A stretch of DNA of 64,000 bases from a virus, in the IMG/VR virus record IMGVR_UViG_3300023239_000322, positions 1 through 64,000 of that record, one strand, 5' to 3'. Below are positions 48,823 through 59,017 of this stretch, piece after piece. The position numbers were made by a program, and so were the translations under genes. Numbering within the stretch: the stretch's first letter is position 1; each line of letters begins with the position of its first letter. The notes beneath the pieces were generated by a model. The model had not been told where the DNA came from. It was given only the letters and a program-made list of their open reading frames with translations, and made no database searches.

Positions 48823-49068
48823 ATGTTTCATCCTTTACTAAACGACTTATCAGAACTTAATGATCAGGAACTTAATGATCGGGCACAGGATATTTCTCGA
48901 AAATTATCTTCAGTGTATAGAGTAGGCGCAAATTCCGGTCTCATACAGCAAATGCAACTGGTTAACGCACAACTTCAAGACGAAGTTATGTTCAGACAGC
49001 GCAAAGAACTTGAGAAATTAATGGATAAGAACGGTAAAGATTTCAAAAATATTATCGATATAAAGTAA
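48823..49068 (+). CDS. Hypothetical protein
   Basis: TATAAATA upstream. Confidence 0.6.
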   Translation: MFHPLLNDLSELNDQELNDRAQDISRKLSSVYRVGANSGLIQQMQLVNAQLQDEVMFRQRKELEKLMDKNGKDFKNIIDIK

Positions 49069-49072
49069 TTTT

Positions 49073-49699
49073 ATGGAAGCAAGCATAAGAATATCAAAGC
49101 AGTTCACTGCAACTGCTGTAATCAATGATCGTATACTGTCAAATAAGTACGACATAAGTTATGCAATCTCATTGGTGTCAGCAGATCAACACGAACAAAA
49201 AATAGCATACGATCGAGTTAAGTTTTTAACTGAGAGTATATTTGAGTCTACAATTTTTATAAAGTACAATAACCCTTTACTTAAAAAACTAAAAGGAAGT
49301 GTTAATAACTTGTATAGTCAGTTTTACGCAGAACCTTACGATAGTATAATGGTAGACTATCTGTTTCTTAAAGGTCAGGCTATTCTTGAAGACAAAGCGA
49401 ACATCGATCAGATAAGTCTAAGTAGTTGGCAAGGAAGAGACATAGAGTTCTATGCTGATTGTGAACATGATTACAGTGCTTACAGTAAAGCACCATGGAT
49501 CAAGGCAAAAGACGGTATTCCCTGGTACATGAGATCAGATATCTACGTAGGTGACTACAAAGAGAATGAGATGTTAGAATTTCCAGTCTGGGACGACTTA
49601 TATCTAGGATGGAAAGAACCACAAGAGGAAGAAGCAGAGATAATAGATTTTAGAAAGTTTACCGGCAAAGTAGTTAAGGGCGGAAAACGTGGTAAGTAA
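49073..49699 (+). CDS. Hypothetical protein
   Basis: Long ORF within the operon. Confidence 0.6.
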   Translation: MEASIRISKQFTATAVINDRILSNKYDISYAISLVSADQHEQKIAYDRVKFLTESIFESTIFIKYNNPLLKKLKGSVNNLYSQFYAEPYDSIMVDYLFLKGQAILEDKANIDQISLSSWQGRDIEFYADCEHDYSAYSKAPWIKAKDGIPWYMRSDIYVGDYKENEMLEFPVWDDLYLGWKEPQEEEAEIIDFRKFTGKVVKGGKRGK

Positions 49700-50216
49700 C
49701 CAGTTTGGACAGACATTTTTAGAATCAGATGATCTAGTCACTATGCTTTACCGTGATCCTGACATGGATGTTACAGATTACGAAATTAATGATCCAGACG
49801 AATACAATAATGCTGTTAAGCAATTACATTTAAAGATTCCAGAGCTTAAACAGCCTAGATTAGACACAACTAAATGGCTCACACAAGAGCAATTTGATCT
49901 AGCACACCAAGCAGAGTACTTTATTCCCAAAGAGTATGAACAAATAGACGTCATGGATTACCTCAGTAAACAGTTAACTGACAAACCACAAAGCATTATA
50001 GATAGAGTTATAACGGAATATCAAGCATTTGCAGATTTAAACATGATACCTATGCTACGCTATCTCATATATCTAGTTGACGTAATGAGAGAAAACAATG
50101 TGGTATGGGGAGTAGGTCGTGGATCAAGTGTGGCTAGTTATATACTGTATCTGATAGGCATACACAAAGTAGACAGCGTTAAACATAATTTAGATTACAC
50201 AGAATTTTTGCGGTAA
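49689..50216 (+). CDS. DNA polymerase III alpha (DnaE)-like fragment
   Basis: RV..EY..F..YL..LVD....VWGVGRGSSVASYILYLIGIHKVD..L..EFL. Confidence 0.75.
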   Translation: MVSNQFGQTFLESDDLVTMLYRDPDMDVTDYEINDPDEYNNAVKQLHLKIPELKQPRLDTTKWLTQEQFDLAHQAEYFIPKEYEQIDVMDYLSKQLTDKPQSIIDRVITEYQAFADLNMIPMLRYLIYLVDVMRENNVVWGVGRGSSVASYILYLIGIHKVDSVKHNLDYTEFLR

Positions 50217-50251
50217 ATATAATATATACGTATATAAAGGAGTTTTCAATT

Positions 50252-50677
50252 ATGGCTAGAAAAATACATAGAACAGCAAGAGGTGCGACTATTGATATGG
50301 AACGTCTGCGACTCGCCAACGAAGATACCATTGCTGTTGGTAATATGAAAGTAAATGCTCGGGGCGACGAGTTGGGATTTGGTGGTAGTATTGTAAAGAC
50401 CAGAAAAGAAGTAATAGATGCAACTTATAAAGTTCATACTATGGTGCCACAAGATGACCGTGTATACACCGACGCAATGCATAGTGAAGCCGCAATGGCT
50501 GAGCCAGCGCCGGGTGTTAGCGCAGAGCCCAAACCAAAAGTTGAAGAAGTTGCAACACCAACCGAAGAATCTAAAACAATGCGTGGTGGTTTGGCAGCGG
50601 CACTTGCTAGAAAAGTAGAAGTATCAGAGCCTGAAATTAAACTTAATAGTCTATCAACCGGCGTTAAAAGAATTTAG
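50252..50677 (+). CDS. Hypothetical protein
   Basis: AAGGAG RBS; AVGNMKVNARGD. Confidence 0.6.
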   Translation: MARKIHRTARGATIDMERLRLANEDTIAVGNMKVNARGDELGFGGSIVKTRKEVIDATYKVHTMVPQDDRVYTDAMHSEAAMAEPAPGVSAEPKPKVEEVATPTEESKTMRGGLAAALARKVEVSEPEIKLNSLSTGVKRI

Positions 50678-50689
50678 AAAGGGTATAAT

Positions 50690-51109
50690 ATGCAAGAGAA
50701 TCCATACGGAAAAAATATAGGATATCAATTTCGCCTTGACTTTGAAGGCAAAACAATTAAACCACTACACAACAATGTAGTTGTGCGTGACATGAACTTT
50801 GCAGGACGTACACTGGACAGCGGTATCGTGTTGTTGGCTGACGACGGCAAGACAGATGGTATACGTCCACGTTGGGCACAAGTATATGCTGTTGGTCCTG
50901 AGCAAACAGATGTTACTGTGGGACAGTGGGTACTGTTAGAACACGGACGTTGGAGTCGTGGAATTAACATTACCCAAGATGGCGAAGAACTTACTATACG
51001 CAGAGCTGATCCAGACGCTATCTTAATGGTAAGTGACGATGAGCCCAATGCAGAAACAATTGCAGATTCTGTGCATGCCGAACGTAAAACCAGAGAACTT
51101 GCAGACTAG
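50690..51109 (+). CDS. groES: GroES-like co-chaperonin
   Basis: IKPLHNNVVV..SGIVL..AVGP..VTVGQWVL. Confidence 0.8.
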   Translation: MQENPYGKNIGYQFRLDFEGKTIKPLHNNVVVRDMNFAGRTLDSGIVLLADDGKTDGIRPRWAQVYAVGPEQTDVTVGQWVLLEHGRWSRGINITQDGEELTIRRADPDAILMVSDDEPNAETIADSVHAERKTRELAD

Positions 51110-51135
51110 ACATTTTTCAATAACTACTGTATAAT
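51107..51135 (+). promoter_or_regulatory. Sigma70-like promoter
   Basis: TAGACA-17-TATAAT with ATG 7 nt downstream. Confidence 0.65.
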
Positions 51136-51142
51136 ACTCTAT

Positions 51143-52066
51143 ATGAACCAATTATGGACTGAACTATATAGACCCAAGACTGTTGCTGACTATGTTTTTA
51201 CAGACAACACACAACGCCAACAAGTAGAATCCTGGGTTAAAGAAAAGAGTATCCCACACTTACTACTAAGTGGTAGCCCGGGTACTGGTAAAACAACCCT
51301 TGCTAAGATGTTAATGCATGAACTAGAAGTTGATGACATGGACGTCTTAGAAATTAATGCTAGTCGTGAACGTGGCATTGATCTTGTAAGAGACAAGATT
51401 GTAAACTTCTCAAGCACTATGCCTTTCGGTGAGTTTAAAATTATCCTCTTAGATGAGGCAGACTACTTAACTCCAGAAGCACAAGCATGTATGCGTGGAG
51501 TTATGGAAGCCAATCATCAGACAGCAAGATTTATACTAACCTGTAACTATCCACATAAGATTATTCCTGCAATACATTCTAGATGTCAAGGCTTTCACAT
51601 TGCTAAGACTGACCAAATAGAGTTTACTGCTCGTATTGCTAAGGTGATGATTGAGGAAGGCATTGAGTTTGAACTTGATGTGTTAGACAACTATGTTAAA
51701 GCAACATACCCAGACTTGCGTAAGTGTTTAAACATGACACAGATGAATAGCAGTTCTGGCATACTTGTAGAAACACAAGCAAGTCAACAAGGTGGTGGTG
51801 AGTTTAAGTTAGACGTTGTTAAGTTGTTTAAGGCAGGTGAACTTAAACAGGCAAGACAAAAACTCGTTGACAGTGTGCGCCCAGATGAGATGGAAGGTGT
51901 TTTTAGATGGATGTACGACAACATCACATTGTGGGGAGAGACTGATGAAGCACAAGATGAAGCAATTATAACTATTAGGCGTGGTCTTGTACAACATATT
52001 AGTTGTGCTGATCCTGAAATAAACTTATCAGCAACATTTACAGAGTTATGCAGATTAAATGGCTAA
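51143..52066 (+). CDS. Clamp loader AAA+ subunit (gp44/RFC small-like)
   Basis: WTELYRP, GSPGTGKT, NAS, LDEAD, SRC. Confidence 0.92.
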   Translation: MNQLWTELYRPKTVADYVFTDNTQRQQVESWVKEKSIPHLLLSGSPGTGKTTLAKMLMHELEVDDMDVLEINASRERGIDLVRDKIVNFSSTMPFGEFKIILLDEADYLTPEAQACMRGVMEANHQTARFILTCNYPHKIIPAIHSRCQGFHIAKTDQIEFTARIAKVMIEEGIEFELDVLDNYVKATYPDLRKCLNMTQMNSSSGILVETQASQQGGGEFKLDVVKLFKAGELKQARQKLVDSVRPDEMEGVFRWMYDNITLWGETDEAQDEAIITIRRGLVQHISCADPEINLSATFTELCRLNG

Positions 52067-52385
52067 AGATATATATCTACTGTGTCAATACATACAGAAA
52101 CCTAAACCAGGTACAAACACTGCACAGAAAGGCTTTGGTAATAATCCAGACAACTGGCAGTTTGACGAAGTCATAGCAGTAAGCCGTGGTTTAAAGAAAC
52201 GTGATATGTCAACGCAGAGCGTGATTCTTAATATGTCTACGCAGAAAGTAGAACGCTGTGGTCTTAGGCAAGGAGCAACTTGGGACGAACTATATGCGTA
52301 TTACAAAGAACACTATCCAGAATACATTAAAACTATCGAAAAAGAAATTGAAAGAAGCCAGCCATCGTTATTTACGATGATATGA
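52059..52385 (+). CDS. Hypothetical protein
   Basis: Coupled ORF. Confidence 0.55.
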   Translation: MAKDIYLLCQYIQKPKPGTNTAQKGFGNNPDNWQFDEVIAVSRGLKKRDMSTQSVILNMSTQKVERCGLRQGATWDELYAYYKEHYPEYIKTIEKEIERSQPSLFTMI

Positions 52386-52801
52386 TAGGAATTTCGTTTA
52401 GTAGTTTTGATTTATTCCATAGTGGTCACGTTGCTATGCTTAAAGAAGCAAGTGAGAACTGTGAATATTTAATTGTAGGATTACAAACAGATCCAACGAT
52501 TGATAGGCCTGAAAAGAATAAACCTATTCAAAGTGTGTTTGAAAGATATGTTCAGTTAAAAGGATGTAAGTATATTAATGAAATTATTCCTTACGAAACT
52601 GAACAGGACTTATTAGACATACTGCTAACTTATACAATTGATCGACGATTTATTGGCGAAGAATATAAGCAGTTAGACTTTTCTGGTAAACAAATATGTG
52701 TCGACAAAGGCATAGAATTATATTATAATAAAAGACAACACTCGTTCAGCACATCTAATTTGAGAAAACGAATAAGCGAGGCAGAACTATGGTCAAGGTA
52801 A
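52382..52801 (+). CDS. Glycerol-3-phosphate cytidylyltransferase-like (TagD family)
   Basis: FDLFHSGH, GLQTDP, STS. Confidence 0.85.
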   Translation: MIGISFSSFDLFHSGHVAMLKEASENCEYLIVGLQTDPTIDRPEKNKPIQSVFERYVQLKGCKYINEIIPYETEQDLLDILLTYTIDRRFIGEEYKQLDFSGKQICVDKGIELYYNKRQHSFSTSNLRKRISEAELWSR

Positions 52802-53367
52802 TATTAACGGACGTAGACGGAGTTTTATGCGACTGGGAGGGCGGTTTTAACTCATTTATGGAGTTAAAAGGCTTTGAAATGATAGAAAACGGGCACTTGG
52901 AGTACGCCATTGGCGATAGATTTGGTATCGACAGAGAAGTGGGTTATAGTTATGTGTGTGAGTTTAATAACAGTAAATCTATTGCTCAGTTAAAAACTCT
53001 TAAAGACTCTAATGAGTGGGTAAGGCGAATACATGACGAGCTAGGATACAAATTCCATGTATGCAGTAGCATGAGCCACTTGACAGAGTCAATGAACATG
53101 AGAACTTCCTATCTTAAAGAACAGTTTGGTGATATTTTTGTGGGATTCACTTACTTGCCCACAGGTGCTGACAAGGATGAGGCATTGGCTGCCTGGAAAG
53201 ACACGGGATATTTTTGGGTAGAAGATAATATAGCAAACTGTATAGCTGGAGAAGCCCAAGGTCTGCGACCAATATTAATCGACCACGACTATAATAGAAA
53301 TATAGACGTAGCGTACCCTAGAGTTAAGAACTGGCAGGCAATCTACCAGCTCTTATCCTCTGATTAA
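52789..53367 (+). CDS. HAD-superfamily phosphatase (5'(3')-deoxyribonucleotidase-like)
   Basis: DVDGVL, K, WVED, YN..RV.NW. Confidence 0.8.
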   Translation: MVKVILTDVDGVLCDWEGGFNSFMELKGFEMIENGHLEYAIGDRFGIDREVGYSYVCEFNNSKSIAQLKTLKDSNEWVRRIHDELGYKFHVCSSMSHLTESMNMRTSYLKEQFGDIFVGFTYLPTGADKDEALAAWKDTGYFWVEDNIANCIAGEAQGLRPILIDHDYNRNIDVAYPRVKNWQAIYQLLSSD

Positions 53368-54107
53368 ATGTCTGAATAGATTTGTAAAACTTCTATAACA
53401 GCAGGGTGTCTATGTATATCTTTGCCTAACATCTTGACTCCGCCTACGTAACTAAGTCCTTCATAACTATTGCATAAAGATTCAAAATTTAGTAGTCCGT
53501 TATCTGCCTCCTTTCTATCTGCTTGGCGAGTATCGCCTGTTATCACCATTTTACTGTTTTGACCGAGTCTGGTTAGGAGCATCTTCATCTGTCCTGGCGT
53601 GGCATTTTGCATTTCGTCTGCAATAATCCATGCATCTTTAAATGTTCGGCCTCTCATAAATGCTAGTGGAGAAATCTCAATTATACCTTCGTCTAACATT
53701 TTTGCAGTTTCTTTTGGTGAATAATATTCGTGTATAACATCAAATAGTGGTCTTGTCCACGGTTCCATTTTCTGATTGATGGTACCTGGTAAAAATCCAT
53801 GCTGTTCATCGTCTACGCCAACAGCTGGGCGGGTTAAAATAATCTTATTAACGTCTCCTTGTCTATATGCCTGTAAGCCTGCCAGCACCGCTAACATAGT
53901 TTTTCCTGTGCCTGCTGGGCCGGTTGAAAACACGATTAATTTGTCCGGATCCGTCAACAAATTAATATATGTTTCCTGTCTAAGTGATTTTGGATGCAAT
54001 CGAATGTTGCGTTGTTTGGGTGCATACTTCTGAAATTCTACTGTATTATCTTGATACGGAATGCTGTCATGGCGTTTTGAATTACTTTTGCGATGTTTTC
54101 TACTCAA
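53364..54107 (-). CDS. phoH: PhoH-like ATPase
   Basis: GPAGTGKT, LTRPAV, GFLPG, FMRGRTF, DEMQN, GD..Q.D; TTG start with AAGGAG RBS. Confidence 0.93.
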   Translation of the reverse strand: MSRKHRKSNSKRHDSIPYQDNTVEFQKYAPKQRNIRLHPKSLRQETYINLLTDPDKLIVFSTGPAGTGKTMLAVLAGLQAYRQGDVNKIILTRPAVGVDDEQHGFLPGTINQKMEPWTRPLFDVIHEYYSPKETAKMLDEGIIEISPLAFMRGRTFKDAWIIADEMQNATPGQMKMLLTRLGQNSKMVITGDTRQADRKEADNGLLNFESLCNSYEGLSYVGGVKMLGKDIHRHPAVIEVLQIYSDI

Positions 54108-54258
54108 TTTGTTCTCCTTACAATTTTTGAATATATGTACGTTAGTAGACATAGTAGTATTCTCTGTGAACTAATACTACAGTTGTCCACAAAAATACTT
54201 ACATACTCTTACAAGTAGAATTATAATGTGTTATTATTGTCTCGATGCCGACTATAAA

Positions 54259-54786
54259 TTACGAGTCTCTCACCCAGACTGCATAGATTCTATTCTTAGA
54301 TCCACTGTCTCGTTTGCACACTTCTACACGATAGCCCCATTGCGGTGCCATCAGATAGTGATCAACTTCACGCCAAGGATAAAACTGTATCTGGTATTGC
54401 ATTTGGTTATTGTGGTCGTAGTTGCCAGGATTACACCGCCAGTATATTCTGGACTTGGGTTTCATCAGTCGCATGATTCTGCCAATCTGATATTCTACCA
54501 CAGTTTTATCGCCAAAGTTTAAACTTCCCAAACAGAATGCAACATCAAAGCGTTGATCTGTATCAAAAAACTCTATTTGTTCTTTATGGTCAGCCGCATC
54601 GTTAGCAGGATCAATACCTACTAGGTTCTTAATCAGATCTTTGTACGGGTTATACCCACACCCTACATCAAGCACCCACTCGTCGTCTTTAACTTCATTT
54701 GCTAAGTTAAAGCCAGTCTCTCCAAATCCACTTGTACTGGGCTTCCAAACTGATGCAAAATATTCGTTAAGTAATTTTTGATTCAT
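54259..54786 (-). CDS. Class I SAM-dependent methyltransferase
   Basis: VLDVGCG, GID, FDVAFCLGS. Confidence 0.75.
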   Translation of the reverse strand: MNQKLLNEYFASVWKPSTSGFGETGFNLANEVKDDEWVLDVGCGYNPYKDLIKNLVGIDPANDAADHKEQIEFFDTDQRFDVAFCLGSLNFGDKTVVEYQIGRIMRLMKPKSRIYWRCNPGNYDHNNQMQYQIQFYPWREVDHYLMAPQWGYRVEVCKRDSGSKNRIYAVWVRDS

Positions 54787-54820
54787 CGACAATCCTTAAT
54801 AAGTACGTTATACTTATATT

Positions 54821-55405
54821 ATGATAATACCCGAACATATATTTTTTACTGGTGTGCCTGGATCACGTTGGTCAGGTATAGCACAAACTATTGAAACCAT
54901 ACCTGGATTTAATACCAGTGACCGCACCCCAGAACGAGCATACGACCATCATGCCTATAGTGGACACAAAGGTGCATACTTTGGTTGGGGTATGGAGTTT
55001 GATCCCACACACATTTATGGGTACAAGCACTTTGACCAAGCATGGACTGAGCCTGGTGGACACAAACTAATCAAAAGTCATGATTGGGCATACAGTCCGC
55101 GACAAGTAAAAGTGTATCATCCAGACAGTTGGTTTATAATGGTATATCGACCAGACATGGCAAGTTATGCCTGGTGGCACGAAGCTGGCGGTTTTAAGAT
55201 ACAGTACCCAAACTACAGTTGGTACAAGAACAGTGCAAAGATGTTGCAGGAAATACAAACACAAAACACACGCATATTGGAATATGCATGCGAAGTGGAT
55301 GCAAAATGGGAATACTTTACTCCAGACTGGATTGAACGTGAGTTTGGATATGCTGTTGATGTTCCCACTATACACAAAGACATATTGGTAACCATAATAA
55401 AATGA
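54821..55405 (+). CDS. Sulfotransferase-like / P-loop protein
   Basis: FFTGVPGSRWS, IKSH, VYR. Confidence 0.45.
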   Translation: MIIPEHIFFTGVPGSRWSGIAQTIETIPGFNTSDRTPERAYDHHAYSGHKGAYFGWGMEFDPTHIYGYKHFDQAWTEPGGHKLIKSHDWAYSPRQVKVYHPDSWFIMVYRPDMASYAWWHEAGGFKIQYPNYSWYKNSAKMLQEIQTQNTRILEYACEVDAKWEYFTPDWIEREFGYAVDVPTIHKDILVTIIK

Positions 55406-55638
55406 AAAGAGATCACGTTTGGTACATTAAATATGCTAGTGCAATTGTAATACTGATTGCAATGGTTTTCCATGTTAACGGTTGGACACCCTGGAACAGT
55501 TACTTACAACTACTAGGTGCCAGTGGTTGGATGTACGTTGGGTACCGTTGGCGGGAGTGGTCTATGTTGTTGAACTTTATACCACAAATTTTTATTATTG
55601 TGCCTTACTTAATATACTTCTCTTATTATAAACCGTGA
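55402..55638 (+). CDS. Small multi-TM membrane protein
   Basis: Three hydrophobic segments. Confidence 0.6.
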   Translation: MKRDHVWYIKYASAIVILIAMVFHVNGWTPWNSYLQLLGASGWMYVGYRWREWSMLLNFIPQIFIIVPYLIYFSYYKP

Positions 55639-56441
55639 TAGAAAATTTTATATTTTACACTGCAGGCAGTTATGGTGTTTTTATAGATTGGTGTATTAAT
55701 AATTTAACCAAACACTGTACAGAAGATAAGTTGCCTTTTACATCGACAGGCAGTTCGCACAATCATATAACATGTAACATGTTGTTTGATATAAGTCCTA
55801 AGGTCAACTACTTCAGTGCTGTAGGAGACACAACACACTATGTAGAACTGTTTTACAATAAACCTAATATCGATAATCTCATTATTTTGTTAGCCAGAGA
55901 AGAAGACGAAGTTTGGCGTATATCAAACTATTTAGAAAAAGAAGAGGTAACATCGTCTATATTTTTACCCGTAAGTTATCAGGATGCGAATCCAACATTA
56001 GACTACTTAGATAGACGCACACTACAATATTTTGGTAGAACTGATCTACTAAGCATGGATAGATGGGTAGCAAGAGAGATACTTAGTTTCGGTATATTGG
56101 ATAGACTTGCAGATAACATCGTTCAACAAAAATTAATGATAGACAACTTAGCATATGATAAACTAGTAGTTTATATTGACGAACTAAGAGACAACTTTGA
56201 GACAACTATCAATAAAATATTTAACTTTTGTAATTTAAAACCTTACGACCAAACTTTCCTACACAGTGTAGGTGTTAAGTGGGCTAGTAAACAGAAATAC
56301 ATGCATGATACCCGACCACATAATCTATTAAGTGAAGCAGTAGTGCAGGCAAAACTACGTAACAACGGCATAGAGCTAGCATGTTACAATCTTAACAAAT
56401 TCCCTAACAATGAGTCAGAACTTAGAAAACTATATAAATAG
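55635..56441 (+). CDS. Hypothetical protein (possibly degenerate sulfotransferase-like)
   Basis: IFYTAGSYG; IDEL..NF...I..I..F. Confidence 0.4.
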   Translation: MIENFIFYTAGSYGVFIDWCINNLTKHCTEDKLPFTSTGSSHNHITCNMLFDISPKVNYFSAVGDTTHYVELFYNKPNIDNLIILLAREEDEVWRISNYLEKEEVTSSIFLPVSYQDANPTLDYLDRRTLQYFGRTDLLSMDRWVAREILSFGILDRLADNIVQQKLMIDNLAYDKLVVYIDELRDNFETTINKIFNFCNLKPYDQTFLHSVGVKWASKQKYMHDTRPHNLLSEAVVQAKLRNNGIELACYNLNKFPNNESELRKLYK

Positions 56442-56476
56442 TATTGTATATACACACACCTTAAGGAGAAACATTA

Positions 56477-57172
56477 ATGAACGCACAACAATTTGTGAAA
56501 AATCTTGCTGACAACAATGAAGCATTGTTTAAAGCAAGTGAGATGCAGGTCGAAGCATACTTTAATTCTAAGCCATCTCAGGAAAAATTAGTTGAGCACT
56601 TTGTAGGTCGAATGGTTAACGAGCGTATGAACATGGTTGAAATCAGCCGTCAGGTTGCAGAACTAGGTGCAGACACAGATCCAGTAGAACTTGAGTTACT
56701 CACAAAACAAGCACAAGATGAAGCCAGGCACTTTAGAATGGTTAAAGAAGTAATTGAGCACATTAAAGGCGAAAAGATAGACGTATCAGAAGCCATTGCT
56801 CAGGAAGCCGCAAAGCCAACTGCTAAGGGCGCAAGCCTATTAGCCAAGTACGACGCAGACAAAGATGAAGCCGCACTAGCCGCATATCAGTTTATTGCTG
56901 AGGGTCGTGCAGAACGTGTCTGGGACAAAATGGCAGATTGCATTGAAGATAGTTTTATTAGCACTCGCTATGCTAAGATTGCTAGAGACGAAGGTTTCCA
57001 CAGCAAGATTGGTGAGAAGAAACTTTTAAAACTATGTGCAGATCCAGAAGTTCAGGCCAAAGTTGAAGCAATCGCTGACGCTATGAGAATGGACTTATAT
57101 GCTGTTTCTTGCATGAACACACAAGAAATACCAGAAGCACGTAAGATTATCGAAGACGCATACGTACACTAG
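56477..57172 (+). CDS. Ferritin-like diiron protein
   Basis: E..DEARH and E..DEGFH paired motifs; TATAAATA and AAGGAG upstream. Confidence 0.75.
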   Translation: MNAQQFVKNLADNNEALFKASEMQVEAYFNSKPSQEKLVEHFVGRMVNERMNMVEISRQVAELGADTDPVELELLTKQAQDEARHFRMVKEVIEHIKGEKIDVSEAIAQEAAKPTAKGASLLAKYDADKDEAALAAYQFIAEGRAERVWDKMADCIEDSFISTRYAKIARDEGFHSKIGEKKLLKLCADPEVQAKVEAIADAMRMDLYAVSCMNTQEIPEARKIIEDAYVH

Positions 57173-57175
57173 TAT

Positions 57176-57709
57176 ATGCGGATTGCGATAACACAACGTG
57201 TATTGCAACACAAGGGAAGAGCTTACGATAGTTTAGATCAGAGTTGGTGGGATTTATTACAGTCCCATCAACTTATCCCGATTCCAAATACTCCAAACCA
57301 AAACTTAACACAAACACTAGACGCAGTAGATTTAATAATACTGTCTGGTGGCGACGGTGACAATACTAGAGTTAATGTCGAGTCAGAAATATTTAACTAT
57401 GTTGACGAACACAAAACACCAGTACTGGGAGTTTGTAGAGGCATGCATCTAGTTGCTAGAAAATACGGGTTAGGTACTATTCCAGTAGACAATCACATGG
57501 ACACCAAACACACTATTACAATGTCAGGCAAAGAACACATAGTGCCTAGTCATCATACCATTGCTGTACTGCAAGGTGCTAACATAGAAGTTATTGCCAC
57601 AGACAAAAGAAATTATGTTGAAGCATTTCAAGTAGATAATTATACTTGCATGCAATGGCATCCTGAACGCATGCAACAACCCTTATGGCCAAAAAACTTC
57701 TCATTATAA
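57176..57709 (+). CDS. Class I glutamine amidotransferase (peptidase C26 / gamma-glutamyl hydrolase-like)
   Basis: LSGG, LGVCRGM, SHH, QWHPE. Confidence 0.85.
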   Translation: MRIAITQRVLQHKGRAYDSLDQSWWDLLQSHQLIPIPNTPNQNLTQTLDAVDLIILSGGDGDNTRVNVESEIFNYVDEHKTPVLGVCRGMHLVARKYGLGTIPVDNHMDTKHTITMSGKEHIVPSHHTIAVLQGANIEVIATDKRNYVEAFQVDNYTCMQWHPERMQQPLWPKNFSL

Positions 57710-58353
57710 CAGGACCGCAAGGATCAGGTAATCATCTTTTTAGTCGCCTATTCAGTTTACACCACGATGTGGGTGGCTGGAAAGAACTGATAGATGAGTA
57801 CTGGATACCCAGTGACCTAGAAACATTTGCACCTTATTGGGTTACCCCCAACAGCATGTCTATGGCAGACTTTGAAGGGCATGACTACTGGGTAGCGAAC
57901 GTTAGCGTACCTTTTGTATTTGATGGTGTTAAGCAAGTTCCTAAAATACACTTAATGGCTAAACAGGCACAGCAGTTGGGAATAGAAGTAGAAATAGCAA
58001 TTATTGTTAGAGACCAAAACATTAACTTAGAGCAACAACGTAGAGTACGCAGAGAAGAAACACTACCTATTGCACAAGAATACTACTACACAGAATTGTT
58101 ACCACATTTTAGTTGTCACTTCTTAGATCACGAAGCATTTTTCTTACATAAGGAACACTACTTAAAATGGACAAGCAAAATTTTAAACTTTCCCGTAGCA
58201 TGGGATTCAGAAGATATTAACAAGTTTATTAACAAGGATGCTAATCATAAATATGTAAAATATGTTGATACATATTGGTTAGACGAACATGTACATGCAG
58301 GACTTAAACCTAAACAAGAACGAGGCATAAATGCAACTGATGGAAAAAATTAA
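57685..58353 (+). CDS. Sulfotransferase-like / P-loop protein
   Basis: IITGPQGSGNHL, IIVRD. Confidence 0.5.
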   Translation: MAKKLLIITGPQGSGNHLFSRLFSLHHDVGGWKELIDEYWIPSDLETFAPYWVTPNSMSMADFEGHDYWVANVSVPFVFDGVKQVPKIHLMAKQAQQLGIEVEIAIIVRDQNINLEQQRRVRREETLPIAQEYYYTELLPHFSCHFLDHEAFFLHKEHYLKWTSKILNFPVAWDSEDINKFINKDANHKYVKYVDTYWLDEHVHAGLKPKQERGINATDGKN

Positions 58354-58984
58354 CGAGTGTCGTGTAGTCGTTGATCGCTGGAAAATGGCAATACATAAAA
58401 TAGAACCAGGTACACAGGTAACTAGAACACCTGATGGCACTGATATTGTTTTATTGTCTGATTGTCGTCTTGATGGCCAAGACATGCTACTAAAAAAAGT
58501 CACCGCGGCATGTATGTTAACACAGACATACGAAATAGACACATTAGCCGATGGTCATGCTGTTATTATCAAACTGCCAGGTTTTAGATCATCTGAGCAA
58601 GTAGTGGGACTAGTTACACCTGGAGACTTGGGCAATCTAGTGTACATGGATGGGGCGACTAATACTAATATTGTTAATCCTGGACGTAGCGGTGATCCCT
58701 GTGTTAACTACGTAAATTTTCCAGCAGGTATGGTTCAAACTAGACACGTACACCCTAGTCATCGGGTCGGATTGGTTCTAAAAGGACATTGTACAACAGA
58801 AACAGAAAATGGACACAATGTAGACCTTAAAGCAGGTGATGCTTTTTATATGCCACGTAATACTTGGCATAATTTTGTATGTGATGATGAGGATATGATT
58901 GCATTTGTAATGCATCCAGACAGTGAAGATGGGCCCACAGATCAAAAAAATCCATTGAATACTCGTACATACCTTAAAGGCTAA
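58331..58984 (+). CDS. Cupin domain protein
   Basis: HVHPS..G..G, WHNF. Confidence 0.75.
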   Translation: MQLMEKINECRVVVDRWKMAIHKIEPGTQVTRTPDGTDIVLLSDCRLDGQDMLLKKVTAACMLTQTYEIDTLADGHAVIIKLPGFRSSEQVVGLVTPGDLGNLVYMDGATNTNIVNPGRSGDPCVNYVNFPAGMVQTRHVHPSHRVGLVLKGHCTTETENGHNVDLKAGDAFYMPRNTWHNFVCDDEDMIAFVMHPDSEDGPTDQKNPLNTRTYLKG

Positions 58985-59017
58985 TTCAACTAAATAGTTA
59001 ATAACGGATATTAAATT

